A stretch of 43,477 nt of DNA from contig DAOTVR010000130.1 of the NCBI GenBank assembly GCA_034436315.1, positions 1-43,477 of the forward strand, read 5' to 3'. The notes beneath the pieces are model-generated. The model searched no databases and was not told where the DNA came from. It worked only from the letters and a program-made list of their open reading frames with translations. The position numbers and the translations under genes are program-made. Positions 29,687 to 41,119 of the stretch are shown here, piece by piece. Numbering within the stretch: position 1 is the stretch's first letter; each line of letters begins with the position of its first letter. Origin of the DNA: Anaerolineae bacterium. Its GTDB lineage: Bacteria > Chloroflexota > Anaerolineae > UBA1429.

Positions 29687-30376
29687 ATGCGCATCTTGGC
29701 CGTTGATGACGACCGCAATAACCTGAAGATGCTCGCCTTCCTCCTCGGCGAGGAGGGCTATGAGGTCATAACCGCCGACAACGGACGCACCGCCCTGGAG
29801 CTACTGGATTCCAAGAACCCGGACCTGGTCATCCTGGACGTGATGATGCCCCATATGGACGGCCTGGAGGTCTGCCGGCGCATCCGCCAGACGATGGACA
29901 TCCCCATCATCATCCTCTCGGCCAAGGGGGAGACGGCGGACAAGGTCTTGGGGTTGGAGCTGGGCGCGGACGACTATTTGCCCAAGCCCTTTGACCCCTC
30001 CGAGCTGTTGGCCCGCGTGCGGGCGGTGCTGCGGCGCAGCGAGCTATCCGCCTTTGACGATTCCAAGGTCGCCGTGGCCGTCGGCGGGTTGCGCCTTGAC
30101 CCGGTCACCCATCAGGTCATCCTGAGCAATGGGAAGGCGGTGGATCTCACGCCGATTGAGTTCCGCCTGTTGCACTGCCTGATGCGCAACGCCGGCAGGA
30201 CGCTCACCCACGACTTTCTCATGAGCCACGCCTGGGGTTACGAGTACGAGGGCTATAGCAACCAGATCGCCGTTTACATCCGCCGGCTGCGCAACAAAAT
30301 AGAGCCGGACCCGGAGAACCCCACGTATATCACTACAGTGCGCGGGTTTGGATACCGTTTTGAGAGGGAACCGTAG
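29687..30376 (+). CDS. OmpR/PhoB-family response regulator
   Basis: The receiver domain reads MRILAVDDD..DLVILDVMMPHMDG..SAKG. The winged-helix domain reads LTPIEFRLLHCLM..TVRGFGYRF. The ATG at 29687 follows GAGGGAGAAGGA. Confidence 0.9.
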   Translation: MRILAVDDDRNNLKMLAFLLGEEGYEVITADNGRTALELLDSKNPDLVILDVMMPHMDGLEVCRRIRQTMDIPIIILSAKGETADKVLGLELGADDYLPKPFDPSELLARVRAVLRRSELSAFDDSKVAVAVGGLRLDPVTHQVILSNGKAVDLTPIEFRLLHCLMRNAGRTLTHDFLMSHAWGYEYEGYSNQIAVYIRRLRNKIEPDPENPTYITTVRGFGYRFEREP

Positions 30377-30403
30377 TTCAGCAATCACCCGAGGTCAGCA
30401 CAC

Positions 30404-33400
30404 ATGAAGCGTCTTTTAAGTGTCCTGTTGAGCTGCCTGCTGCTTTTGATCCCCTCGGCGGCGGGGGCGCGGAACGAGAGCGACGCCTGGGCGAGCCGGG
30501 CAAACAGGGGGGCCGACGCCCATCTGCCGTCCCCCCTCGCGGGCTCCGCGACCTGGACCTTCACCTGCCCGGCGGCGGGTAGCTGGGCCAGGAGGCCCTC
30601 GGTGATCTGCGCGACCGTGCAGGATAGCGACGGGCTGCGCGGGGATACGGCCTCGTACCGCTACTCCGTGGACGGCGGCTCCAATTGGAGCGATTGGCTC
30701 TCCGACGGCCTGGCGTACAGCTCGTCGGGGGCGACGACGGTCTATCTGACCCTGACCACCTCCTCGCTGATCGACTCCGTCTCGCTTAACCAGGTGGAGT
30801 TTCGCATCCGCGACCTGGGGGATATAGAGGAGCTCTCCGGCCCGCGCACGATCCCCGTGGACGGGACGCCGCCCACCGTCACGGCCACGCCCGATAAGAC
30901 GGGCACGTGGGTTCAGCCGCCGGTGAGGATCACCCTTCAGGCCAGCGACGCCCTTTCGGGGGTGGATCGCACGGAGTATCGCCTCCAGGGGACGATGACC
31001 TGGCAGATGGGGACTCAGATCCTCATTGATGGCTCGCAGGGCGACCGCACCTACACGTACGAATACCGCGCCTATGACCGGGCCGGCAACACCTCGGGCG
31101 TGCAGACCATCTCGGTCAACGTGGACGGCACGCCTCCGGGGCCGCCCACGAACATCTTTTGCACGCCACCCGGCTGGAGCAACGTGAACGCCTTCGGCTT
31201 GAGCTGGACGAATCCCGCGGATCCGTCGGGCATCGGTGGCGTGTACTACCAGTTGGATATAGACCCCCTCGTCGGGGGGACGCCCATCGGGCCGATCCTG
31301 GGGGAAAACATCAGCAGCCTCTCGGGGATCACCGTGAGCGGCGAAGGCTCCCACACGGTGTATATCTGGCTCGTGGACCGGGCCGGCAACTCTAGCGCCA
31401 GCACCCGGGCCGTGCGCAGCAACGCCTTCAATTACGACATCACGCCCCCCACGACCACCCCTAGCTATGCGCCGCCCCTCCCGCCAGGGGGCTGGTTCAG
31501 CGGGACGGTGGGGGTGACCTTGGAGGCCACCGACAACGCCTCGGGCATCCAAGAGACCAGATGGCGGCGCGTGGGCGGGCTGTGGAACGTGGGTAACTCC
31601 TTCTCCGTCTCCGAAAGCGGCTCCTACGAGTACCAGTCGGTGGATAGGGCCGGCAACAGCGAGGCGGTCAAGAGCCTCACGGTACAGATCGACACCGTGC
31701 CCCCGACCAGTTCCATCGCGGTATTCCCCCCGCCGCCTCCCAGCGGCTGGTATACGGGGCCGGTGACGGTCACCATCTCGGCGGTGGATCCATCTCCCGG
31801 GTCGGGCTGGGCCGGCGAGGCCTACTACCAGGTGGATGGCGGGCCATGGCAACAGGGCAACGTGGCGGTCATCTCAACCAACGGCACGCACACGCTCGCG
31901 TATTACGCCGTAGACGTGGCCGGCAACCGCGAAAGCCCCCAGACGGCCTCCAACCTGTGCCGCATAGACCAAGAGGCGCCAGCCATCAGCGCCACGCCCA
32001 GCAAGACGGGCCTCTGCCTGCAGCCTCCGGTGACGGTCACCCTGGTGGCCACCGACACCCTCTCCGGCGTGGCCTGGATGCAGTATCGCCGCCTGGGCAC
32101 CTCGTCGTGGATCACCTATACGACCCCCTTCACCGTCACGGGGGCCGATGGGCTCTATGTCTACGAGTATCGGGGGCAAGACATCGCCGGCAACACCTCG
32201 CCGACGCAGACGGTGACCCTCAACATCGACGGCACGCCCCCAGGGCAGCCCACCAACCTCGCCGCCACGCCGGTGGGGTGGACGAACGTGAACACCTTCA
32301 CCCTCAGTTGGGTGAACCCTCCCGATCCCTGCGGCATCGCCGGCGTTTACTACCAGATCGGCGTAGATCCCATCACCGGGGGGACGCCGATCGGCCCGAT
32401 CACGGGCACGGGGATCAGCTCCATCTCCGCGGTGACCGTGCCGAGCCAGGGGCAACACACGGTCTACCTTTGGCTCCTAGACGGCGCGGGCAACAGTGAC
32501 CGCTACAGCCGCCAGGTGCTCTTGAATGGCCTCAAATACGACGCTACCCCTCCCTACAGCGACCCGGCCACCGTGCAGGGTCCCTTGGGCGAGGATCCCC
32601 TGTGGTTCACGGATTGCGTCACCGTCACGATCACCGGCAACGACGCCCTGAGCGGGGTGGCGGCGCTCTATTACCAGGTGGAGGGCCAGGGGGTGGTGAC
32701 CGTGCCCGTCAGCGGCGGGCCGCCGACGGCGCGCCACTCCTTCTCCCTCTGCTACGACTGTGGCCGCAAGACCATCTCCTATTGGGCGAGGGACGTGGCG
32801 AGCAATACCCAGGCCGTGAGCGGCACCATCACCGTGCGCATGGATCGCCAAGCCCCGGCCGCGCCCATCAGCCCGACGGTCAGCCCGGCGAGCTGGAGCA
32901 ACAGCAACAACTTTGCCATCTGCTGGAGCAACCCGCCCGAGGAGTGCTCCGGCGTGGTGGCCGTCTATTACAAGAAGGGCAGCCCCCCGACGGCGAACGG
33001 CGACGGGCAGCTCTATGCCCTGCCCCTCGGGGCGCCCTCGTGCATCCCCGGGCTCACCGTGGACCGGGAGGGGCAGACGCCCGTGTACATCTGGCTCAAG
33101 GACCGCGTGGGGCTAGCGGACTATCGTACGGCCATCAGCGTGACGCTGCGCTACGACCGTACCCCGCCGACGACCGGGATCACCGTCACCGGCACGACGG
33201 GGCGTAACGGCTGGTACACCTCGCCGGTGAACGTGCGCTTCGGGCCCAACGACAACGCCTCCGGCGTGACCGAGACGCGCTATCGCCTCGACGGCGGGGC
33301 ATGGCAGCTCTGGGGCGGCGCGGACGTGGCCCTGAACACCGAGGGCACCCACGTGGTGGAATACTACTCGGTGGATGCGGCCGGCAACCGAGAGGCCACA

Positions 33401-34444
33401 CAGACGACCACGATCAAGCTGGACCTGACTGCGCCGAGCTGCACCCTGCGCGTCACCCCGGATTACGTGGGGCGGTCCGTTGAAGGGGCCAACGTATGCT
33501 GGACGGGCACGGACGGCCCCAAAGGATCGGGGATCGCCAAATACACCGTGCAATATCGCAAGGGGGCCTGTGGCAGTTGGCAGGATTGGCTCCCAGAGAT
33601 CGCGGCGGCCATCACCTGCACCACGCGCACGGGGTTGACGACCAACGATTTCCACTACTTCCGCGTGAGGGCCGAGGATAACGCCGGGCGCGTCGGGGCA
33701 TGGTCCTCGCCGGGCAGCGATTTCCTCTACGTGGAGGGCCTGAGCAACGCCTCGTTTGACTCTTGCGATTGGCCGCTCTGGATCCCCAGCACAGATAGCG
33801 CGGGCAAGCTCACGGCGCGCGTCCTGGAGGCCACCACGCGCACCGGCGGGAGCAGTTGCATGGCCCGCCTGAGCAAGGAATGGCCCCTATCGGACGTGCC
33901 GGTGAACGCCTACGCCTCGTTCTACCAATCCATCCAACTTCCTCCCCTGGAATGCGGGCGCAACCAGGGACTGATGCTCTCCTTCTGGTACCGCATCCTG
34001 ACCTACGACAACGCCTGGGGCAAGCTGCCGAATAACACCTACGGCTGGCTGGACACCTTTGAGGTGCGCATCTTGGACCGCGACGGCCGGGAGCTGGCCG
34101 AGGTGCTGCGCGATGGCCATTTCGGAGAGCACGCCGCCAACACGCTGTACGACCTGGGTTGGCGACACTACCGCGTAGACCTGACGCCCTGGGCCGGGCA
34201 GCAGATTCGCGTGGAGTTCAAGGTCTGGAACCGCGTGGACAAGTGGTATCCCACCTGGGTTTACGTGGACGATGTGAAGCTGTTGCCCTCTGCGAGCCAA
34301 AATTATAACCTCGCCGTCCCCCTGATCATGAACAGGAGCCGCCAGGGAGGCGCTGCGGGGGCGACGGCCTCTCCGGGGGGCCAGTTAGCGCCCTTGGCGA
34401 AACCGGAGTATAATGGAGGCGACCAAGCTCCCAAGCGCTCGTGA
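30404..34444 (+). CDS. Giant secreted/surface protein: about 10 Ig-like modules plus a C-terminal jelly-roll-like domain
   Basis: A signal peptide is present. Two module types alternate. Type A is D.TPP...P...pV.vtl.A.D..SGV....Y....W.....Y.Y...D.AGN. Type B is DGTPPG.PTN..P.GW.NVN.F.LSW.NP.DP.GI.GVYYQ..G.HTVY.WL.D.AGNS. The C-terminal part reads W..YRVDLTPWAGQQIRVEFKVWN..YVDDVKL. Confidence 0.7.
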   Translation: MKRLLSVLLSCLLLLIPSAAGARNESDAWASRANRGADAHLPSPLAGSATWTFTCPAAGSWARRPSVICATVQDSDGLRGDTASYRYSVDGGSNWSDWLSDGLAYSSSGATTVYLTLTTSSLIDSVSLNQVEFRIRDLGDIEELSGPRTIPVDGTPPTVTATPDKTGTWVQPPVRITLQASDALSGVDRTEYRLQGTMTWQMGTQILIDGSQGDRTYTYEYRAYDRAGNTSGVQTISVNVDGTPPGPPTNIFCTPPGWSNVNAFGLSWTNPADPSGIGGVYYQLDIDPLVGGTPIGPILGENISSLSGITVSGEGSHTVYIWLVDRAGNSSASTRAVRSNAFNYDITPPTTTPSYAPPLPPGGWFSGTVGVTLEATDNASGIQETRWRRVGGLWNVGNSFSVSESGSYEYQSVDRAGNSEAVKSLTVQIDTVPPTSSIAVFPPPPPSGWYTGPVTVTISAVDPSPGSGWAGEAYYQVDGGPWQQGNVAVISTNGTHTLAYYAVDVAGNRESPQTASNLCRIDQEAPAISATPSKTGLCLQPPVTVTLVATDTLSGVAWMQYRRLGTSSWITYTTPFTVTGADGLYVYEYRGQDIAGNTSPTQTVTLNIDGTPPGQPTNLAATPVGWTNVNTFTLSWVNPPDPCGIAGVYYQIGVDPITGGTPIGPITGTGISSISAVTVPSQGQHTVYLWLLDGAGNSDRYSRQVLLNGLKYDATPPYSDPATVQGPLGEDPLWFTDCVTVTITGNDALSGVAALYYQVEGQGVVTVPVSGGPPTARHSFSLCYDCGRKTISYWARDVASNTQAVSGTITVRMDRQAPAAPISPTVSPASWSNSNNFAICWSNPPEECSGVVAVYYKKGSPPTANGDGQLYALPLGAPSCIPGLTVDREGQTPVYIWLKDRVGLADYRTAISVTLRYDRTPPTTGITVTGTTGRNGWYTSPVNVRFGPNDNASGVTETRYRLDGGAWQLWGGADVALNTEGTHVVEYYSVDAAGNREATQTTTIKLDLTAPSCTLRVTPDYVGRSVEGANVCWTGTDGPKGSGIAKYTVQYRKGACGSWQDWLPEIAAAITCTTRTGLTTNDFHYFRVRAEDNAGRVGAWSSPGSDFLYVEGLSNASFDSCDWPLWIPSTDSAGKLTARVLEATTRTGGSSCMARLSKEWPLSDVPVNAYASFYQSIQLPPLECGRNQGLMLSFWYRILTYDNAWGKLPNNTYGWLDTFEVRILDRDGRELAEVLRDGHFGEHAANTLYDLGWRHYRVDLTPWAGQQIRVEFKVWNRVDKWYPTWVYVDDVKLLPSASQNYNLAVPLIMNRSRQGGAAGATASPGGQLAPLAKPEYNGGDQAPKRS

Positions 34445-34492
34445 CGCGCTGCATGCTACGGGGACAAAGAGGCGAAAGGCCACGAAGAGGGC

Positions 34493-36013
34493 ATGGTTGA
34501 GAGCGGGACGACGGAGGAGAAAGGGGCCCTAGAGGCCGGCGAGGGCGAGGCAGCCCCCGATCTGGAGGCGCTCTACAACGAGGGCATGGCCTATTATCGG
34601 CGGCGGCGCTGGCGCGAGGCCAAAGAGTGCTTCACGCGGCTGAACGAACTCCAGCCCAGCCGCCGGGTGGAAGCCCTATTACACGAGCTGGATATCTTTT
34701 TGCAGCTCGAGCTTGTGGAGGCGGAGACGGCGGAAGACGCTATTCCCGCCGCAGCCGCCGTTGAGGCCCGCCCCGAAGAAGAATACGAGCAAGCTCCCCC
34801 CGCCGGACAAAGGGCCTGGATCCCCTGGGTGGTGGTGGGGATCGTCTTGGCCCTGATCGGCGGCGGGCTGTTCCTCGCCTTGACGGGGCGCCTTCCCTTC
34901 GTCTCGCTCGTCTCCAGGGATCAACGGATCAAGAACCTGCGCAACCTGGGCGAGGCCTATATGGTGGCCCAGCAATACTGCAAGGCCCTGAAGACCTATG
35001 CCGAGCTATTGCCCCTGCTGCCCGAAGACCCGGAGGTCATCAACGGCGTTGAAAAGGCCAAGGCCAAGCTCTACGAGGAAGCCCAAGCCTACCTCAAGGC
35101 CAACAACCGCGAACAGGCCCTCGGCAACCTGAGATGCATCCTGGAACGGGATAGCGGCTACAAGGACGTCGCGGAGCTGATCCAGTCGTTGGAAAGGCGG
35201 CAGACCCTGGAGGCGGAATACGGTCGGGCCCACGAGTACCTGGTCAGCAACGCCTGTCGCGAGGCCGTCGACCGCCTGGAGAAGCTGCGGGCCACCGACC
35301 CGGAGTATAGCCCGGGGACGATCAGCGACGCCCTCTACGAGGCCTACATGTGCCTCGGCCGGCAGCTCATGGAATTGGTGGCGAGCGAGCTCAAGCTCGC
35401 GCCCACGGCGCAGCCGACGGAGCCGAGTTGGGCCGTCACGCAGGGGATCCTGGATAACGCCCTGGCCGCCAGCCGAGCCTTCGGCAAGGCGCTCAACGAG
35501 CGGCCCACCAGCGAGGAGGCCAAGCTGAACAAGGACTTGGCCGACAAGCTGAAGCAGGGCCTAGAGCGCTATAGCGTCGCGGCCTGGGCGGAATGCCTCC
35601 CGCCCCTGATGGCGATCTATGACCGAGACGCGGGGTACCTATCGGGCAAAGTGGCGGCGCTCCTCTGCGACGCTCGCCTTCACCTGGGCGACCTTTACGC
35701 GCGCAAGGGCGATTACCGGGCGGCGCTCAAGGAGTATCAGGCGCTTTTGGAGATGAAGGGCTGCGATCCCCAGCCGGCCCAGACGCGAGCCCGAGAGGTA
35801 GGGGTCTATCTGACTCCCTCGCCGACGCCGACGCTCACGCCGACATTCACCGCGACCCCCACGGCGACGGCCACGCACACGCCCAAGCCCACGGCGACGG
35901 CCACGCCGCGGCCGACGGCGACGCTCACGCCGACACCGACGCCCACGACGCCATCCGGCGGCGGGCGAACCGCTCCGCCGCCACCGACAGAGCCGCCTCC
36001 CGTCCGCTCGTAA
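34493..36013 (+). CDS. TPR-repeat membrane protein with a PT-rich C-terminus
   Basis: Has a TPR-like unit (LYNEGMAYYRRRRWREAKECFTRLNELQP) and one TM segment (WIPWVVVGIVLALIGGGLFLAL). Further TPR-like helices follow, then a TPSPTPTLTPT.. tail. Confidence 0.7.
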   Translation: MVESGTTEEKGALEAGEGEAAPDLEALYNEGMAYYRRRRWREAKECFTRLNELQPSRRVEALLHELDIFLQLELVEAETAEDAIPAAAAVEARPEEEYEQAPPAGQRAWIPWVVVGIVLALIGGGLFLALTGRLPFVSLVSRDQRIKNLRNLGEAYMVAQQYCKALKTYAELLPLLPEDPEVINGVEKAKAKLYEEAQAYLKANNREQALGNLRCILERDSGYKDVAELIQSLERRQTLEAEYGRAHEYLVSNACREAVDRLEKLRATDPEYSPGTISDALYEAYMCLGRQLMELVASELKLAPTAQPTEPSWAVTQGILDNALAASRAFGKALNERPTSEEAKLNKDLADKLKQGLERYSVAAWAECLPPLMAIYDRDAGYLSGKVAALLCDARLHLGDLYARKGDYRAALKEYQALLEMKGCDPQPAQTRAREVGVYLTPSPTPTLTPTFTATPTATATHTPKPTATATPRPTATLTPTPTPTTPSGGGRTAPPPPTEPPPVRS

Positions 36014-36071
36014 TGTGAAAAGGACCGGCCGACGAGAGAAGGTTTTCTAATAACTGTCTGGGGCGCTCTTG

Positions 36072-37331
36072 ATGGTAGCTGATCCCGGCGTTCGGTTGCG
36101 ATTCGTGTTCAGGAGCCTGCGCATCGGCCAAGTCCTCCTGGCCTTGGCGGGTTTCGCCCTGCCCTTTGCGCTTGCGCTTTTCCCCCTGGCGGGCGTCCAG
36201 GGCGCTCCGCTATCCTGGGAGCGCGTCCGCTCCTACCCTGGCGACCCGATCGTGCGCCGCGTCGTAGCCGGGCAAAGCGGCCAGTTGGGCGTGCTCTACG
36301 CCGTGGGCGCCCGCAGTGGCCTCTATCTAAGCCTTGATGAGGGCCAACGGTGGTCTTGGGTCGGCGGCGGCCTCCCGGAAAGCACGTGGGGCCAGGTGCG
36401 GATCGTGGACCTTGCCGTTGACCCTGCGGATGCCAGCCTGGCCTACGCGGTGGTGGCATCGCCCCCGCGCGTGCCCAGGCCGATGGTCTACTGGACGGCG
36501 AACATGGGCCTCTCCTGGCAGCCGCGTGCCAGCCTCCGCCAGGAGCGCGTGCGGGCCATCGCCCTGAATCCCTTGAACGGCAACCCTTATGTCGTCACCG
36601 CCCATGACGTCCTGCGGGGCTTTATTCCCGAGGGGGCCGATAAGGGGCTGACGCCCCGCGAGCGCTTCGCGCGGGGCCTGGATGACCTGCAATGGCTGAG
36701 CCTCAGCTCGCTGGATGGCCGCACCCTGGCCACCAGCCTGACGGTCGTCCATCCCTCGGTGACGGCTCCCGCGGAGGCCGGGCCGCTCAACCACACGCTG
36801 CGCCCCACGAGCCAGGCGGCCGCCGGGCCCTCGCCCGAGGCCCAAGAGGACCTGGCCGAAGCGCCGCTCCTTTACGTGGGAACGGAGGGCAAGGGCCTGA
36901 GCATCGTGGTGGATAGTTCCTCCCCAGGCCCCCAGCCGCTGCCGGCGCAGGAGGATGAAGACACTCGCTACGTGCGCCAAAGGGCGACCATCTACGCCCT
37001 GTGCGCGGATCCCTATTGGCCCGGCAGGGTTTACGTGAGCACCGAACGGGGGATCTATGTTAGCCGTGATGCGGGCCGAAGCTGGCATCCGACCGCCCAT
37101 CCCCTGCGCGCCCGGAGGGTCTATGCCCTCGTAACGGACCCCGTGATCGCCGATACCCTTTATGCCGGTTTGGCCGGGGGTGGGGTATACTCTAGCCAGG
37201 ATGCCGGCGCAACCTGGCAGCCCCTGGGGCAGGGGCTGGGGCGGGCCTCGGTCTTCTCCTTGGCCGTATCGGTTCGGCGCGTGCTGTACGCCGGCACCGA
37301 TCACGGCCTGTGGCGTCTGCCGCTTCAGTGA
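36072..37331 (+). CDS. BNR/Asp-box repeat propeller protein (Ycf48/sortilin-like)
   Basis: Asp-boxes are SLDEGQRWS, TANMGLSWQ, SRDAGRSWH and SQDAGATWQ. An N-terminal TM/signal segment is present. Confidence 0.7.
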   Translation: MVADPGVRLRFVFRSLRIGQVLLALAGFALPFALALFPLAGVQGAPLSWERVRSYPGDPIVRRVVAGQSGQLGVLYAVGARSGLYLSLDEGQRWSWVGGGLPESTWGQVRIVDLAVDPADASLAYAVVASPPRVPRPMVYWTANMGLSWQPRASLRQERVRAIALNPLNGNPYVVTAHDVLRGFIPEGADKGLTPRERFARGLDDLQWLSLSSLDGRTLATSLTVVHPSVTAPAEAGPLNHTLRPTSQAAAGPSPEAQEDLAEAPLLYVGTEGKGLSIVVDSSSPGPQPLPAQEDEDTRYVRQRATIYALCADPYWPGRVYVSTERGIYVSRDAGRSWHPTAHPLRARRVYALVTDPVIADTLYAGLAGGGVYSSQDAGATWQPLGQGLGRASVFSLAVSVRRVLYAGTDHGLWRLPLQ

Positions 37332-37337
37332 GCTGAG

Positions 37338-39682
37338 ATGGAGATGAAGCACAAAACCGTGAGGCCTTCGCGGAGCGTCGAGCGCGCCCTCCAGCGCGAG
37401 GGCCTCTACGGCAATCTGGCCAAATGGGGCCTACTGGCCTTTAGCGCCCCGGCGCTCTGGCTGTGGCGCGGGTTCAGCTTCGCCCAGGGCTGGAACCTGG
37501 AAACCGGGGCGTTCGTCCTCTACGCGGCGAGCAACCTGTTCTTCACCTTGGCCTTCCTCCTCCCGCGCCCCCCGATCCGGCGGGGCTTGCCGCTCCTGCC
37601 CGTCCCGGTGCGTCGGGCGCTGCTGGTCCTCTCCTTCCTGATCGATCACCTCTACGTCGCCGTGCTGATCGGGTTAACCGGCGGCCCGCAGAGCGAGCTG
37701 TATGTGCTCTTCGCCCTCCTGGCCCTCAAGGCGGCCATCTACTACTCTTTCATCAAGGAGCTGATCTTTGTCTCCTTCTTCTCCGGGATCCTCTGGGTTG
37801 GGGCGGCCTATCTGTATGCGGATAGCCTCTACTTCCTGGCCGATCCGGGGTTCATCCTCCGCTACGGCGTGCTCTTTGCGCTCGTAGTGGGCTGTATGGT
37901 CGTCGGCTGGCTCACGGAACGCTGGCGGCGTTCTATCTCCACCCTGGACGCGACCTTGCTGAGCAAGAGCAGGGACCTGGAAAACGAATCGCGGGCCGCC
38001 CAGCGCATGGCCAGCGAGCTGGCCAACCGCCTCCTGGAACTGAGGTCGCTGCAGGAGAGCATCAAGGCGATCAACTCGGCCCTGGCGCTGGACGAGCTCC
38101 TGCAGCGCATCGTGGAGAACGCCTCCCAGGTGTTGCGCGGGGCGCGCTGTTCCATCGCCCTGGTGGATGAGAGGCGTGAATACGTGGTCACCGCCGCGGC
38201 AGCGGGCATTCCCCGCGAGGAACTGTGGGGCACCTCCTTCCGCATCGGGCAAGGGGTTGCCGGCTGGGTGGTGGAGAACCGCCAGGCGGTGCTGATCCAC
38301 GCCGTGGAGCAGGACCCGCGCTTCCTGCGCGTGGGGGAGTGGCCGATCGGCTCCATGGTGAGCGTGCCCCTCATCTCCAATCATCAGGTCATCGGCGCCC
38401 TCACCGCCACCAGCCCGGAGCACAACGCCTTCACCGAGGCGGACGTGAACCTCTTGGACGCCTTCGGGGATCAGGCCGTGGTCGCCGTCAAGAACGCCCG
38501 CCTCTACGAACAACTGGTGCGCGAGGAGAAGGAGACGGCCCGGCTCTATCAAAGCGTCTTGGAGAAGAGCAACGAGCTGGAGGCGATCCTGAGGGGGATC
38601 GGCGATGGGGTCATCGTCATCGATCCGCAGTTGCGCCTGATGATGATGAACCCGGTGGCCGCCAAGATCTTTGACGTCGTCAAGGCGCCCCAACCGGGGG
38701 TGCGCCTGCCGGAGATCGTCTCCAACGAGGCGCTGTTGGACCTGGCCCAGGAGACCCTCGCGGATACTGGCGCCCCGTTGATCCGCGAGATCACCCTGGA
38801 GCGAAGCGGCGCCCAGACGGCCACCTACCAGGCCCTGGCCTCGCCGGTCAAAGGGGCCCAAGATCAGGTGCACGGCGTGGTCATGGTCCTGCGCGACATC
38901 ACCAGCCAAAAAGAGATCGAGCGCATGAAATCCAACTTCCTCTCCGTGGTCTCCCACGAGCTGAGGACGCCGCTCCATTCCATCAAGGGCTTTGTGGATA
39001 TCATCCTGATGGGCAAGACCGGACAGATCAACGAGCTCCAGCGCGATTTCCTGACCACGGTGAAAGAGTCCACCATCAGCCTCCAACGGCTGATCAATGA
39101 CCTGTTAGAGTTCTCGCGCATGGAGGCCGGGCGGGTCAAGCTGATGCCGCAGATGATCTCGGTCTACGACATAGCCGAAAAGGTGGTGGAGCAGCTAACC
39201 CCGCTGGCCCAGGAGAGCCGGCTGACGTTGATAAACGAGGTGCCGGAGGCCATCCCCTTCATTGAAGCCGATCCGATGCGTATCGAGCAGGTGTTGACCA
39301 ACCTGGTATCCAACGCCATCAAATTCACCCCGGCGGGAGGCTCCATCTGGGTCCTGGCCGAGGACGCGGGAGATCAGGTCCATGTCGCCGTCAAGGATAC
39401 GGGCATCGGCATCCCCGAAGAGGAGCAGGACAAGATCTTTCAGCGCTTCTATCAGGTCGATTCCAGCGTCACCCGCGCCTATCGTGGGGCCGGATTAGGG
39501 TTGACCATCTGCAAGTTCATCGTGGAGTATCATCACGGGCGGATTTGGGTGGAGAGCAAGGTGAACGCGGGGAGCACCTTCCACTTCACGCTGCCCAAGA
39601 GACTGCCCAAAGATGAGGCCCTGGTCATCGATTTCACCATCCCCGCCGAGAGGCGCGAGACATCACAGGAGGCGAACGAGCC

Positions 39683-39686
<4 letters not shown>
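37338..39686 (+). CDS. Sensor histidine kinase (multi-TM N-terminus, GAF, PAS, HisKA, HATPase_c)
   Basis: About 5-6 TM helices are followed by a GAF-like domain (LRGARCSIALVDE..GQGVAGWVVENRQAV) and a PAS-like domain (LEAILRGIGDGVIVID). The H-box is FLSVVSHELRTPL. N, G1 and G2 boxes are present (NLVSNAIKFT, DTGIGI, GAGLGL). Confidence 0.9.
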
Positions 39687-40867
<1,181 letters not shown>

Positions 40868-40893
40868 GAAAACGTAGGATTTACCGCAGAGAC

Positions 40894-40948
40894 GCCGAGG
40901 ACGCAGAGGCTTTTCTCCCTTTTTTATCCGCGCTCTCTGCGCCTCGGC
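40894..40948 (+). terminator. Hairpin after the aminotransferase gene
   Basis: GCCGAGGACGCAGAG pairs with CTCTGCGCCTCGGC, giving a 14-bp stem with one bulge. The loop is 26 nt and T-rich. There is no trailing U-tract. Confidence 0.35.
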
Positions 40949-41056
40949 GGTGGATTGCCCATTTTCCTACAGAAGCGAATGGGCGGGCACGACGCGCGCC
41001 GGGGAATGGCCCCGAAACGCATCCCCAGGCCCTTTAGCTGGTAAATGCTCCGGCCC

Positions 41057-41085
41057 TTGCCAGGGCTTGGGGGACATGTTATACT
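41057..41085 (+). promoter_or_regulatory. Sigma70-type promoter of the SPFH gene
   Basis: TTGCCA-17nt-TATACT. Confidence 0.55.
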
Positions 41086-41119
41086 CCGAAGCAGTCAACG
41101 TTGAAAAGGAGGCTCTTCC

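Noticed and set aside
30416-31852. 478-aa minus-strand ORF, together with similar long antisense ORFs: 37674..39086, 14138..15001, 10590..11657, 40967..41872, 39533..40498, 25266..26123, 36327..37352, 8781..9656 and 28722..29414.
   Set aside because: All lie opposite ORFs with clear family motifs. Their translations are Arg/Gly/Pro/His-rich low-complexity sequence, typical of stop-poor antisense frames in high-GC DNA. None has a recognisable domain.
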